Shown: piece after piece, positions 40,713 to 51,027 of the stretch
Position numbering within the stretch: position 1 is the first letter of the stretch
Layout: every line of letters starts with the position of its first letter
Position numbers and translations under genes: made by a program
The notes under the pieces: model-generated
What the model saw: only the letters and a program-made list of their open reading frames with translations
Databases searched by the model: none
Told to the model about the DNA's origin: nothing
Source: Paludibacteraceae bacterium
GTDB lineage: Bacteria; Bacteroidota; Bacteroidia; Bacteroidales; Paludibacteraceae
Length of the DNA: 54,268 nucleotides
NCBI GenBank assembly: GCA_017964045.1
Contig: JAGCSQ010000010.1
Location: forward strand, 1-54,268
Reading direction: 5' to 3'

Positions 40713-41697
40713 AAATGTGAAACGTTATGTTGTTCTATCGGTGCTTGTGATATGTGCCGTAGCGGTAAGAGCGCAGTTTGATCCGCAAATAGGACAATAT
40801 ATGTATATGCAATCAGCCTATAATCCTGCAGCGGCGGGAGAGGGAGATTTGATGAAGGTTGCCGGATTGCACCGTATGCAATGGATTGGAATAACCAATG
40901 CGCCGATGACAACGTTCTTTTCCTTCACTTCTCCGTTTGTGATAGGCAAAACTAAACATGGCGCGGGTGTGCGATTTATGAATGATAGGTTTGGACTGTT
41001 CAGCAATCAGTCGCTGCATTTCCAGTATGCATATCGTCATAAGATTGGCAAAGGCTACCTGAGTGCCGGAGTAGAGTTGGGGTTTGTGAATGTCGGATTT
41101 AAGGGAGATAGCGTCAATCTTAAGGACATAGAGTCGCAGTTTAATGCCGGTAGCGGAGGAGACGGGTATGTGGTCAGTTCAAGCGACCAAGCAATACCGT
41201 CTGGTAGTAAGTCGGGAATGAGTTTTGATATGTCGGTGGGTATTGAGTATGTTGCTCCGACATGGTGGGTGAGTGCCAGTTATTCGCACCTGACGATGCC
41301 TAAGATAGATTGGGATGATTACTCTGAGTTGAAGTTGGTGGGAACGATGTATGTGGCGGGAGGATACAACTGGAGAATCAAGAATCATAAAGACTGGCAG
41401 TTGAAGCCATCGGCAATGGTGATGAGCGATTTCCGCTCGTGGGATGTGAATGTGACGCTGATGTGCGAGTTTAAGGACCGATATCGCTGGGGATTAGGGT
41501 ATAGAATCGCGGGAAGCGTGAATATACTGCTGGGAATAGACATAATATCGGGATTGCAACTGGGATATACGTTTGAGATTCCGCATAACAAACTGATGTT
41601 GGAAAGTGCAGGAACTCACGAGATATACTTGGCATACGGATTTAACATCCTCAAGCCCAAGAGAACAAACAGATATAAGAGTGTTCGCTACTTGTAG
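40681..41697 (+). CDS. porP: Type IX secretion system membrane protein PorP/SprF
   Basis: Signal peptide ...VLVICAVAVRAQ, then the family hallmark FDPQIGQYMYMQSAYNPAAAG. Beta-barrel-like remainder. An alternative ATG at 40696 gives MKKSIKNVKRY.... Confidence 0.85.
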   Translation: MISSLMKKSIKNVKRYVVLSVLVICAVAVRAQFDPQIGQYMYMQSAYNPAAAGEGDLMKVAGLHRMQWIGITNAPMTTFFSFTSPFVIGKTKHGAGVRFMNDRFGLFSNQSLHFQYAYRHKIGKGYLSAGVELGFVNVGFKGDSVNLKDIESQFNAGSGGDGYVVSSSDQAIPSGSKSGMSFDMSVGIEYVAPTWWVSASYSHLTMPKIDWDDYSELKLVGTMYVAGGYNWRIKNHKDWQLKPSAMVMSDFRSWDVNVTLMCEFKDRYRWGLGYRIAGSVNILLGIDIISGLQLGYTFEIPHNKLMLESAGTHEIYLAYGFNILKPKRTNRYKSVRYL

Positions 41698-41738
41698 CAG
41701 AAACGATAAAGTTGAATATAATAACATAAAAAACGAAT

Positions 41739-43085
41739 ATGAAATTCACTAAAGTATTGCCTTTGATTGCTTTTGCATTCGCAATGGCAAGTTGTAATGG
41801 CCCTGCAGGCGAATTGGTCGGCGTACAGAAAGCCGGTAACTTCAAAGAAGCCAATCCCTATGGTATGATTTTCATTAAGAAAGGTTCCTTTATGATGGGT
41901 GCCAACACTCAGTCTGCTGTATTTGAGCAGCCGGACAATGTGCTTATGGCAACTGTTGAGGCCTTCTGGATGGATGAAACTGAGATTACGAACAACGAGT
42001 ACAAGCAGTTTGTAAACTGGGTTCGTGACTCTATGGCACTGACATATCTGGTTAATGCCGGTATGACAGACTATGCTATCCAACCTAAGGACGAGGAATT
42101 TGATGAAGAGAACTTTGCACTCAACTGGCGCAAGAAGATTCCTTGGAAGAGCAAGGATGAAGAGGTGAAAGAGGCCTTGGCTCCTATGTACTACGGTGAC
42201 GGAACCTTCCGCGTTAACGCTCTGCACTATCGTTATAGTTGGATCAACTATGACGAGGCTGTCAGCGTAAGCAAGAAGTTCGATGTAACCCAAGGTTTGT
42301 ATCCTCCGGGATCAACTGCACGTGTTGACAGCTTCTGGGTAGAGGAGAATGGTGCTATCAGGGATAGTACTATCTACCGTCCGCTGATTGAGCCTAACGA
42401 CCTGAAGACGCACAAAATTATTGCGGTATATCCGGATACATTGTGCTGGGTTCGTGACTTCCAATATTCGTTCAACGAGCCGATGTTGCTCAAGTACTTC
42501 TCTCACCCGGGTTACCTGGAGTATCCTGTAGTCGGTGTTACTTGGGAGCAGGCTCATGCATTCTGCAACTGGCGTACTATGTACTTCAATTCTCACTCTA
42601 AACTTGGCGCTCAAGACTACCGTCTGCCCAACGAGGCTCAGTGGGAGTATGCAGCTCGCGGTGGCCGCAAGATGGCTATGTATCCGTGGGGTGGCAACTA
42701 TGCTCGTGACGCTAAGGGTTGCTTCTTTGCTAACTTCAAGCCCTATCGTGGTGCATACAACGATGATACCGGAACCGCTACAATGCGCGTTGCTCAGTTC
42801 CGTCCGAACGACTTTGGTCTGTTCGATATGGCAGGTAACGTTGCTGAGTGGACCAACTCAGCTTACCAGGCATCGGCAAACACAGCTATCCACGACTTGA
42901 ATCCTGAGTATTCATACATGGCTCGTAAAGACGACCCGGACATCCTGAAACGTAAGGTTGTTAAGGGCGGTAGCTGGAAAGATATCAGCTACTACATGCA
43001 GTGCGGTGTTCGCTCTTATGAGTATCAATATGAGAGCCGTCCGTACATTGGATTCCGTTGTGTACGTGCTTTCATTGGTGAGTAA
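41739..43085 (+). CDS. porK: T9SS lipoprotein PorK/GldK (FGE-sulfatase fold)
   Basis: Lipoprotein signal MKFTKVLPLIAFAFAMASC. Motifs YPVVGVTWEQAHAFCNWR, YRLPNEAQWEYAARGG and GGSWKD. Position in the porP-K-L-M-N order. Confidence 0.92.
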   Translation: MKFTKVLPLIAFAFAMASCNGPAGELVGVQKAGNFKEANPYGMIFIKKGSFMMGANTQSAVFEQPDNVLMATVEAFWMDETEITNNEYKQFVNWVRDSMALTYLVNAGMTDYAIQPKDEEFDEENFALNWRKKIPWKSKDEEVKEALAPMYYGDGTFRVNALHYRYSWINYDEAVSVSKKFDVTQGLYPPGSTARVDSFWVEENGAIRDSTIYRPLIEPNDLKTHKIIAVYPDTLCWVRDFQYSFNEPMLLKYFSHPGYLEYPVVGVTWEQAHAFCNWRTMYFNSHSKLGAQDYRLPNEAQWEYAARGGRKMAMYPWGGNYARDAKGCFFANFKPYRGAYNDDTGTATMRVAQFRPNDFGLFDMAGNVAEWTNSAYQASANTAIHDLNPEYSYMARKDDPDILKRKVVKGGSWKDISYYMQCGVRSYEYQYESRPYIGFRCVRAFIGE

Positions 43086-43136
43086 TCAATAAAACTGAAA
43101 AAACATTAAATTAACTAACTATAAAGTCTTACAAAA

Positions 43137-44060
43137 ATGGCTACAGAAAAAAAAGAAGGTGGGTTCATGCATTGGTATCATTCCTACCAAGGAAAGAACG
43201 TTGTTAACATGGTTTACTCGTTGGGTGCATCAGTCGTTATCATCGGTGCGCTTTTTAAGATTATGCACTGGCCGGGTGCCGGTATTGTGCTGACAGCGGG
43301 TATGTGTACAGAGGCATTCCTCTTTATGATTGGTGTGTTGGAAGCTCCTCATGAGGAGTATCACTGGGGTAACGTGTTCCCGCAGTTGCTGGAGTTCGGT
43401 TCTCCTGAAGACCGTGTAGAGAAGGCTCATAATCAAGCAGTTCCGACATTGCTTGGTGCAGGTGCAGCCGGCGCCGCAGGTGCTCAAGACAAGAAACAAG
43501 CAGAAGTACCTTCTTTGTCAAAAGAAGATATGGAGTCGTTGAAGGGGGGTATTGCCAACCTGGCTAAGACAGCTAATCAACTCAGTGAACTGGGTAATGT
43601 TGCTACAGCAACCAATAAACTCGGTGAGAAGGCAGAGAAAGCAGCTGAAGCTGCAGGTAAGTTTGCTGCAAGTGCAGAGGCTCTCGGTGCTAAAAACGAG
43701 GAACTGGGCACAGCTTACTCATCTGTTGTAGCTGGAATGCAGAAGGTTGTTGCCGGCACTAACGACTACCAGAAGAATATTGAGGGTATCGGTCAGAAGC
43801 TTGGTTCAATCAACTCGCTGTATGAGTTGCAGATCAATGCTCTCCAATCACAGGCTGATGCATATAAGGCTCACGTCGCTCAGGTGGCTACAGCTACTAC
43901 TCACGTTAATGCTATGGCAAGCAATGCTGAGAAGATGGCAGCTGCATCTGCAGACGCTCTGAAGAGCCAGCAAGCTTACGAGGAAGCATCCAAGAAACTT
44001 GCTGCTCAGGTTGCTGACCTGAACAAGGTATATGGTAACATGCTGAGTGCACTCGCATAA
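43137..44060 (+). CDS. porL: T9SS motor protein PorL/GldL
   Basis: Two N-terminal TM helices (VYSLGASVVIIGALFKIMHWPGAGIVLTAGMCTEAFLFMIGVLE) and an Ala-rich coiled cytoplasmic tail. Synteny. Confidence 0.9.
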   Translation: MATEKKEGGFMHWYHSYQGKNVVNMVYSLGASVVIIGALFKIMHWPGAGIVLTAGMCTEAFLFMIGVLEAPHEEYHWGNVFPQLLEFGSPEDRVEKAHNQAVPTLLGAGAAGAAGAQDKKQAEVPSLSKEDMESLKGGIANLAKTANQLSELGNVATATNKLGEKAEKAAEAAGKFAASAEALGAKNEELGTAYSSVVAGMQKVVAGTNDYQKNIEGIGQKLGSINSLYELQINALQSQADAYKAHVAQVATATTHVNAMASNAEKMAAASADALKSQQAYEEASKKLAAQVADLNKVYGNMLSALA

Positions 44061-44097
44061 AAGTAATTATTCACTCACTTAAACGTAATAATATACT

Positions 44098-45648
44098 ATG
44101 GGTGGAGCAAAAAACTGTCCGGAAACCCCGAGACAAAAAATGATTGGTATGATGTACTTGGTGTTGACTGCCATGTTGGCCCTCAACGTCAGTGCCGCCA
44201 TTATGAATGGTTATATGCAGGTTGATGACAGCTTGCATTCAACCATTGCGACCACAGAGAGTAGTAATGACATCATCTATCGTAACTTCAAGGCTGCTTT
44301 GGACCAGAACCCTGAGAAAACTCAGGAGTGGTACGACAAGGCTATGAAGGTGAAGGCTCAATCAGACTCTCTGTACAACTATATTCAGGAATTTAAGGAC
44401 CAGATGGTTCGTATGGTTGACGGAAGCAAGGCTGTTGCCAATGCTAAGGTTGCTCAAATCGGTAAGCAAGATGATACAAATATTCCTCACCAATACGGTT
44501 TGAAGGAAGGTCATGGTGCAGAACTGAAAGAGCACATCATTGCATATCGTAACTTCCTTAAGGAGATAGCAGAGCAAGGCGACTCAACAGCTATGGGGCG
44601 TGAGATTGACGCTATGTTCGCTACTGATCAAGCACATAATGCAGAAGGTGATTTGATCTCATGGGAAGAGGGTATCTTCCACGAGATGCCTATGTGTGCA
44701 TCAATTACGGTGCTCACTAAGCTGCAGAATGATGTTCGCAGTTACGAGGGTAAGATTGTTCAATTCCTGATGTCTGGAACCGACGCAGCCGACCTGCGTG
44801 TGAACAAACTGGATGCATATGTGATTCCTAAGTCCGACTACGTTATCCGTGGTAGCAAGTATAGCGCAAAGATTATTCTTGCCGCTGTGGACTCAACGCA
44901 ACAACCGGAGTACTATATTGAAGGTCAACGTATTAACGATGAAGGTATCTACGAAGTAGTAGCTACAGGTAGTGGTCCTAAGAAGTTCAAGGGACAGATT
45001 GCTTATCTGAGCAACCTAGGTGAGATGCAGTATCTTGACTTCACCAGCGAATATACTGTAGGTGAGCCGAGTGTTACAATCTCAAATACAGACCTTAATA
45101 TCATGTACCGTGGATATGAGAACCAGTTCTCAATCTCAGTTCCGGGTGTAAGTAGTGATAAGGTAAAAGTATCTGTTAACGGTGCTGCAGTAAGCCGTCG
45201 TGGTGCGTTCTGGATTATCAAGCCGGGTGATGGAGCCAAGTCAGTGACCATCTCCGTATCAGCAGAGCTTGAGGGCAAGATGCAGCAGATGGGTAGTCAG
45301 ACCTACCGTGTTAAGGCGTTGCCGAAGCCGGGTGCTTACTTCAAGTCAGGTGAGACCGAGTACTCCGATGGATTTATCTCTCGTGGTGCCCTGCTGAACT
45401 CATCAGCATCAGTGATTGCCAGCTATGGTCCTGACGGACTTCTTGACCTGCCGTTTAAGATTACTTCATTCAAGGTTAATATCAATGGCGTATTGACCGA
45501 ATCGAAGGGTGATAAGTTTACGAAGCAGCAACTTGACCAACTGGGTAAGCTCAAGAAGGGTGCTGTAGTCGTTATCACCGATGTCCGTGCCAAAGGTCCG
45601 GACGGGAAGGATACTCGTTTGAGTCCTATCCCATTGTCGCTGAATTAA
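44098..45648 (+). CDS. porM: T9SS motor/periplasmic shaft protein PorM/GldM
   Basis: N-terminal PRQKMIGMMYLVLTAMLALNVS TM hallmark. 516 aa. Synteny. Confidence 0.92.
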   Translation: MGGAKNCPETPRQKMIGMMYLVLTAMLALNVSAAIMNGYMQVDDSLHSTIATTESSNDIIYRNFKAALDQNPEKTQEWYDKAMKVKAQSDSLYNYIQEFKDQMVRMVDGSKAVANAKVAQIGKQDDTNIPHQYGLKEGHGAELKEHIIAYRNFLKEIAEQGDSTAMGREIDAMFATDQAHNAEGDLISWEEGIFHEMPMCASITVLTKLQNDVRSYEGKIVQFLMSGTDAADLRVNKLDAYVIPKSDYVIRGSKYSAKIILAAVDSTQQPEYYIEGQRINDEGIYEVVATGSGPKKFKGQIAYLSNLGEMQYLDFTSEYTVGEPSVTISNTDLNIMYRGYENQFSISVPGVSSDKVKVSVNGAAVSRRGAFWIIKPGDGAKSVTISVSAELEGKMQQMGSQTYRVKALPKPGAYFKSGETEYSDGFISRGALLNSSASVIASYGPDGLLDLPFKITSFKVNINGVLTESKGDKFTKQQLDQLGKLKKGAVVVITDVRAKGPDGKDTRLSPIPLSLN

Positions 45649-45660
45649 ACAAAAATAGAT

Positions 45661-46605
45661 ATGAAGAGACTTTTTGCAATAGCTTGCGTCATGGTGGCCG
45701 TATTAGCCCCTGTTAGTGCGCAACACTTGGTAAACCCGATGTTTGACGATAAGGGTAGTGCTCGTATTAAGGCTACTGAGTTCAGTGAGCAGCGAGATAC
45801 CATCATCGATGTGTTCCATCGTAATGATGACATTATCTGGTCGCGTTATGTTTATCGCATCATAGATATGCGTTACAAGCAGAACTATCAACTCTACTTC
45901 CCGACTCGTTATGACGACCCCGATTATCGTAGTTTGTTCAAGGTTATCGTTGATGCTATCGTAGATGGTATGCCTGTATATCAGAAGGGTATGGACCTGT
46001 TTAAGCCCGACTTCACCACTCCTATGGAGAAGACGATGCTTCCGTCTATGTTCTTGGCAGACGATCCTACGGCAGACTATTCGGATGATCCGAACCACTA
46101 TGACATCGCCACATCAGATGCTATGTTGGTTCACTATGACTCCGTTAGCGATGAGTTGTCATTCCACTTCTATCCGTACGAGGCATTTGTTCGCAATCAG
46201 CTCAAGTACCTGACGCTGGAGTATGTATTCTTCGACCGTCACACGTCACGTATGCACTCTAAGATCTTGGCTATTGCTCCTATGCAGTCAGACAAGATTA
46301 CGACAAAGGATAGTGCACGTGTTGTGGCTTCTATCATGGAGTCGGTATTGTTCTGGGTAGCCTTTGACGATTTGCGTCCTTATATGGCACAGCAATATGT
46401 TATTTCGTCGGAGAACGAGACACGTCGTGTAACGTTTGATGAGTTCTTTGCAAAGCACCTCTACACCTCTTATATAGTAGGTGAGGGTAATATGTATAAC
46501 CGTTTGATTCCGGATTATGCATATTCGTATGAGTCAGTAGTTAAGGAACAAGAACGAATAGCCCGGGAGATGCTCAATTTTGAACAGGACCTCTGGGAGT
46601 ACTAA
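45661..46605 (+). CDS. porN: T9SS periplasmic ring protein PorN/GldN
   Basis: Signal peptide MKRLFAIACVMVAVLAPVSAQ. RNDDIIWSRYVYRIIDMRYKQN block. Synteny after porM. Confidence 0.9.
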   Translation: MKRLFAIACVMVAVLAPVSAQHLVNPMFDDKGSARIKATEFSEQRDTIIDVFHRNDDIIWSRYVYRIIDMRYKQNYQLYFPTRYDDPDYRSLFKVIVDAIVDGMPVYQKGMDLFKPDFTTPMEKTMLPSMFLADDPTADYSDDPNHYDIATSDAMLVHYDSVSDELSFHFYPYEAFVRNQLKYLTLEYVFFDRHTSRMHSKILAIAPMQSDKITTKDSARVVASIMESVLFWVAFDDLRPYMAQQYVISSENETRRVTFDEFFAKHLYTSYIVGEGNMYNRLIPDYAYSYESVVKEQERIAREMLNFEQDLWEY

Positions 46606-46612
46606 TCATAAC

Positions 46613-46640
46613 GGGGCAGGTCTCAGACCTGCCCTTTTTT
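46613..46640 (+). terminator. Rho-independent terminator after porN
   Basis: 9-bp perfect stem GGGCAGGTC / GACCTGCCC with a 3-nt loop, followed by TTTTTT (46635-46640). Confidence 0.85.
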
Positions 46641-46648
46641 GATAAACG

Positions 46649-47512
46649 ATGGCAGCTAAACGTAAATTCTTCAATATGCATCTGACAACAACGATATCCA
46701 TATCGTTGGTGTTGTTTTTGGTTGGCTTGGAGTGTGTGCTCCTGCTGTCTGCTCATAGCCTACTACATCGCGTTAAGGAAGATGTGGCTATGACGGTTAT
46801 AATGCCGCAGGACGCAGACTCAACGGCATTTAGCAGGATGGATATGCTGTTGTCTGTGGTGCCATATTGCAGCAGTTATAGGTTTATTTCGCGTGAGGAA
46901 GCATTGAATGAGCATATACGTTATCTGGGCGAAGACCCTACAGAGTTTTTGGGGTATAATCCGCTTAGCGACTCGTATGAGATTCACCTAAAAGACGGGT
47001 ATGTACATCCTGACTCGATGAAGATCATCGCAGATAACCTTAAGCAATTGCCGTATGTTAGTCAGGTTATGTACCAGAAGGACTTGCTGGAGATACTCAA
47101 TCATAACTTCAATGACCTATCATTGCTGCTGCTATCAATAGCGCTGATACTATTGCTTATCTCTGAGGCGTTAATTATTAACACCATACGTTTGCAGATA
47201 TACTCCAAGCGCTTTATTATCCGCACTATGGACCTTGTGGGTGCAACGAGTTGGATGATTAAGCGTCCGTTTGTCAGCCGCAATGTATTGATGGGTGTTG
47301 TGGCATCGCTGATATCGCTTGTGGTACTGGCGGGAGCTGTCTATTACGTGCAGATTCGTATGGGAATAGTATTGTTCCCATGGACGTGGCAGAACCTTTG
47401 TTTGATAGCCGGTGTGGTTGTGCTGTTCAGCGTGGTGCTGACACTGTTTACCAGCCTGATTGTGTGCGGCAGATATATCCGCATGAAGGAAGACACTATT
47501 TACTCGATTTGA
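46649..47512 (+). CDS. ftsX: Cell division protein FtsX-like permease
   Basis: 287 aa. One TM, an extracytoplasmic domain, then three C-terminal TMs. Conserved Bacteroidales neighbourhood with DUF3098 and uppP. Confidence 0.8.
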   Translation: MAAKRKFFNMHLTTTISISLVLFLVGLECVLLLSAHSLLHRVKEDVAMTVIMPQDADSTAFSRMDMLLSVVPYCSSYRFISREEALNEHIRYLGEDPTEFLGYNPLSDSYEIHLKDGYVHPDSMKIIADNLKQLPYVSQVMYQKDLLEILNHNFNDLSLLLLSIALILLLISEALIINTIRLQIYSKRFIIRTMDLVGATSWMIKRPFVSRNVLMGVVASLISLVVLAGAVYYVQIRMGIVLFPWTWQNLCLIAGVVVLFSVVLTLFTSLIVCGRYIRMKEDTIYSI

Positions 47513-47532
47513 TAATATTTAGGTAGATTACT

Positions 47533-47748
47533 ATGAGATTCTATTTACCCAAGATAAACTTGATACTTATTGCAGTCTCGTTGGCTGTTATCATTGTCGG
47601 CTTTGCGCTTATGGCCGGTGAACCGAGCGGTGCAACCGAATATAATCCTGATATCTTTTCTGTTCGTCGAATCACTATTGGTCCGATGACGGCGTTGGCA
47701 GGTTTTGTGCTGATGATTGTAGCAATCCTTTGGAAGGGTAAGAAGTAA
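47533..47748 (+). CDS. DUF3098 family small membrane protein
   Basis: 71 aa with two TM helices and an [11 protein letters not shown] block. Position between ftsX and uppP is typical. Confidence 0.7.
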   Translation: MRFYLPKINLILIAVSLAVIIVGFALMAGEPSGATEYNPDIFSVRRITIGPMTALAGFVLMIVAILWKGKK

Positions 47749-48551
47749 TGAATTGGCTGGAAGCGCTATTATTAGGTATTGTACAAGGGCTTACTGAGTT
47801 CTTGCCGGTCAGTTCGTCAGGTCATCTGACTATTGCGCAGACGCTGCTTGGTGTGGAGTTTCAGGAGGGCGATATGCTCACTTTTGATGTAGTGGTACAT
47901 GCCGCTACGGTGTGTGCAACGCTGGTAGTGCTGTGGCGTGAGGTGGCATGGATACTACGTGGCACGTTTACCACAGTCAAGTGGAATCAGGAGAAGATAT
48001 ATGCCGGCAAGATACTGCTGTCAATGGTACCGGTATTTATTGTAGGGATGTTCTTTAAGGATAAAGTAGAGGCAATCTTTGGCAGCGGATTGTTGGTTGT
48101 AGGTATATGCTTGCTTATTACGGCAACGCTACTATTGTTTGCCCAGTATGCCAAGCCTCGTGAGAAAGCCGAGATATCGTGGTTGGACTCGTTCATTATT
48201 GGTATCGGTCAGGCTATAGCAGTGCTACCGGGATTGAGCCGTAGCGGCACGACGATAGCTACGGGTATATTGCTCGGCAATAAGAAGGAAGAGGTGGCTC
48301 ACTTCTCGTTCCTTATGGTGCTGATACCTATATTGGGCGCTGCGCTGCTGGATGCCAAGGACATATTGAGCGGAGAGGTGGCGAGCGGACTGAGCATATG
48401 GTGCCTAGTGATAGGCTTTATTGCAGCCTTTGTGACAGGTTGCGCAGCCTGCAAGTGGATGATTGAGATTGTTAAGAAGCAGAAACTGATATATTTCGCA
48501 ATATATTGCTTGGCAATAGGTGTATTTGCCATTGTATATGGACTTTGTTGA
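47748..48551 (+). CDS. uppP: Undecaprenyl-diphosphate phosphatase
   Basis: [14 protein letters not shown] and [14 protein letters not shown] motifs. 267-aa polytopic protein. Its ATG shares one base with the upstream TAA (TAATG). Confidence 0.92.
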   Translation: MNWLEALLLGIVQGLTEFLPVSSSGHLTIAQTLLGVEFQEGDMLTFDVVVHAATVCATLVVLWREVAWILRGTFTTVKWNQEKIYAGKILLSMVPVFIVGMFFKDKVEAIFGSGLLVVGICLLITATLLLFAQYAKPREKAEISWLDSFIIGIGQAIAVLPGLSRSGTTIATGILLGNKKEEVAHFSFLMVLIPILGAALLDAKDILSGEVASGLSIWCLVIGFIAAFVTGCAACKWMIEIVKKQKLIYFAIYCLAIGVFAIVYGLC

Positions 48552-49236
48552 GGGAGAGATATTGGCGTTTGACAAGCCATTGGGTTGGACCAGTTTTGAC
48601 GTAGTGGGTAAGGCTCGTTGGTTGCTCTGCCACGCGTTAGGCGTTAAGAAACTTAAGGTCGGGCATACCGGCACCCTGGATCCGTTGGCGACGGGAGTGG
48701 TGGTTGTGTGCACGGGCAAGAAGACCAAACTGATAGACCAGTTGCAGTATGATACGAAGGAGTATGTGGCTACGCTTCAGCTTGGCGCAACAACGCCCAG
48801 TTATGACTTGGAAAAAGAGATTGACGCCACTTATCCGACTGAGCATATCACTCGCAAGCTCGTAGAGGAGGTAATACCTACTTTTCAGGGTGAGCAGTGG
48901 CAGGTGCCGCCGATGTTCTCGGCTGTTAAGGTTGATGGCAAGCGCGCGTACAAGTTGGCAAGGAGGGGTGAGCAGGTGGAACTTAAGCCGAAGCTCTTGG
49001 TAATAGACGAGATAGAGATATTGGCTTTTGATGCCGAAAAAATGCAACTGACCCTGCGCATTGTATGCAGCAAGGGGACGTATATTAGGGCATTGGCACG
49101 CGATATAGGTGAGCGACTTCACTCAGGTGCACATCTGATAGCGCTGCGACGGACACGCGTGGGCAAGATAAGCATTGGCGATTGTATTAATTTTGAGCAG
49201 TTTGAAAAGATAATATATGAAACTAAGTCAGTTTAG
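48538..49236 (+). CDS. truB: tRNA pseudouridine(55) synthase
   Basis: Catalytic [19 protein letters not shown]. The track start 48520 is GTG. The ATG at 48538 gives [19 protein letters not shown] and a 14-nt overlap with uppP. Confidence 0.9.
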   Translation: MDFVEGEILAFDKPLGWTSFDVVGKARWLLCHALGVKKLKVGHTGTLDPLATGVVVVCTGKKTKLIDQLQYDTKEYVATLQLGATTPSYDLEKEIDATYPTEHITRKLVEEVIPTFQGEQWQVPPMFSAVKVDGKRAYKLARRGEQVELKPKLLVIDEIEILAFDAEKMQLTLRIVCSKGTYIRALARDIGERLHSGAHLIALRRTRVGKISIGDCINFEQFEKIIYETKSV

Positions 49237-50341
49237 ATTTAAGTTACCGGACGAGTTGTTGGCTCAGTATCCGACTTTGTACCGTGAGGACGCACGAATG
49301 ATGGTGTTGCACCGCAAGAGTGGTGAGATAGAGCATCGTCAGGTGAGAGATGTAGTTGAGTACTTCGACGAGGGTGACCTGTTTGTGTTTAACAACACGA
49401 AGGTCTTTCCTGCGCGTCTGTATGGCCGTAAGGAAAAGACGTTGGCACGGATAGAGGTGTTCTTGCAGCGTGAGTTGCAGCACGAGCATAAGTACTGGGA
49501 TGTAATCGTTGATCCGGCACGTAAGATTCGTGTGGGCAATAAGATATTCTTTGAAGAAGACAGCAATATTGTAGCCGAGGTTATTGATAATACTACGTCT
49601 CGTGGTCGTACGTTCCGCTTCCTGACGGACTATTCCGTTGATGAGTTCGTACCTAAACTCTATGCTTTGGGTGAAACTCCCACGCCGCGCTATATCCATC
49701 GTCCTATGGACGAGGAGACGGCAGAGGCTTTCCGCAAGGAGTTTTTGTTGGAGCCGGATGAGGATGTCAACGAGGCAGTTAAGCAGATGGATGAAGAGCG
49801 CTATCAGAGTATCTTTGCTACAGAGATAGGTGCTGTTGCTGCTCCGGCATCGAATATGCACTTCAGCAAGCAACTGGTTAAGCGCATGGAGATTCATGGA
49901 ATTGAATCGACGATACTGACATCTCATACCTCGCTTGGTGACTATAAAGAGATAGAGGTTGAGGACCTGACCAAGCATAAGGTGGACCTTGAGCAGATAA
50001 ATATCCCGAAGGCTCTTGTTGACGCTGTCGACCGTGCTCATGCCGCAGAGCGTCGTGTGTGCGCCGTGGGTACTGAGGTTATGCGTGCTATGGAGCATGT
50101 GGTAGGTACTACGGGTCAGCTCAAGGAGTTCAGCGGTTGGACCAATAAGTTCATTTATCCGCCGTATAAGTTCACGGTGGCTAATAGCTTCTTCTGCAAC
50201 CTGTATATGCCTCAGTCGGCGCAGCTGATGATGGTTTGTGCTTTTGGCGGTTATGAGCAGGTTATGCATGCTTATGAGGTTGCCGTTGAGGAAGGTTATC
50301 ACTTCGGTGACTACGGCGATGCAATGCTGGTAGTAGATTGA
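49217..50341 (+). CDS. queA: S-adenosylmethionine:tRNA ribosyltransferase-isomerase
   Basis: [19 protein letters not shown] and FNNTKVFPARL hallmarks. 374 aa. Confidence 0.9.
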   Translation: MKLSQFRFKLPDELLAQYPTLYREDARMMVLHRKSGEIEHRQVRDVVEYFDEGDLFVFNNTKVFPARLYGRKEKTLARIEVFLQRELQHEHKYWDVIVDPARKIRVGNKIFFEEDSNIVAEVIDNTTSRGRTFRFLTDYSVDEFVPKLYALGETPTPRYIHRPMDEETAEAFRKEFLLEPDEDVNEAVKQMDEERYQSIFATEIGAVAAPASNMHFSKQLVKRMEIHGIESTILTSHTSLGDYKEIEVEDLTKHKVDLEQINIPKALVDAVDRAHAAERRVCAVGTEVMRAMEHVVGTTGQLKEFSGWTNKFIYPPYKFTVANSFFCNLYMPQSAQLMMVCAFGGYEQVMHAYEVAVEEGYHFGDYGDAMLVVD

Positions 50342-50362
50342 AGAAGTGAAAAGTGAATAGTG

Positions 50363-51025
50363 ATGAATGTGCGTATAGAGGAGTCGTGGCGTAAGGTCTT
50401 GCAGCCCGAGTTTGACAAGCCTTATTTCGAACTGCTAACTGACTTTGTGCGCCACGAGTACCAGACGACACGTTGTTTTCCTCCAGCAGGTCTTATTTTT
50501 AACGCTTTCGACTCGTGCCCTTTTGACAGGGTGCGGGTTGTTATTATCGGTCAGGACCCTTACCACGATGATGGTCAGGCTCATGGCTTGTGTTTTTCGG
50601 TTAATGAGGGAGTTAAGATTCCTCCATCGCTGGAGAATATATACAAGGAACTGAACCGTGACCTGGGTAAGCCAATTCCGCAGTCGGGTAATCTGCAGCG
50701 TTGGGCAGATCAGGGAGTGCTGCTGCTTAATGCCACGCTGACGGTTCGTGCTCACCAGGCCGGATCGCATCAGAATAAAGGTTGGGAAGAGGTTACTGAT
50801 GCCGCCATCCGTGCGCTTAACGAGCAGCGCGAGCACCTGGTTTTTATGCTCTGGGGCAGTTACGCTCAGCGCAAGGGACAGTTTATCAACCGCAGGAAAC
50901 ATCTGGTGCTGACGGCTCCGCATCCAAGTCCGCTGTCGGCATATAGGGGATTCATCGGTTGCGGACACTTCTCGGCAGCAAACAAATACTTGATTCAACA
51001 CGGACAACAACCCATAGAATGGTGA
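50363..51025 (+). CDS. ung: Uracil-DNA glycosylase (family 1)
   Basis: GQDPYHDDGQAHGLCFSV and HPSPLSA motifs. The track start 50360 is GTG and is immediately followed by the ATG at 50363. Confidence 0.92.
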   Translation: MNVRIEESWRKVLQPEFDKPYFELLTDFVRHEYQTTRCFPPAGLIFNAFDSCPFDRVRVVIIGQDPYHDDGQAHGLCFSVNEGVKIPPSLENIYKELNRDLGKPIPQSGNLQRWADQGVLLLNATLTVRAHQAGSHQNKGWEEVTDAAIRALNEQREHLVFMLWGSYAQRKGQFINRRKHLVLTAPHPSPLSAYRGFIGCGHFSAANKYLIQHGQQPIEW

Positions 51026-51027
51026 TT

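Noticed and set aside
49244-50302. A 352-aa ORF antisense to queA. Similar long antisense ORFs lie at 41688-42293 (porK), 50435-51010 (ung), 51037-51726 (polA), 2316-2834 (trkA) and 31060-31455 (gene D), with many more inside the giant genes.
   Set aside because: Each lies fully inside a confidently identified gene on the other strand. The translations are low-complexity and Leu/Arg/Ser-rich with no recognisable motifs, and none has a promoter box. They are typical shadow ORFs.
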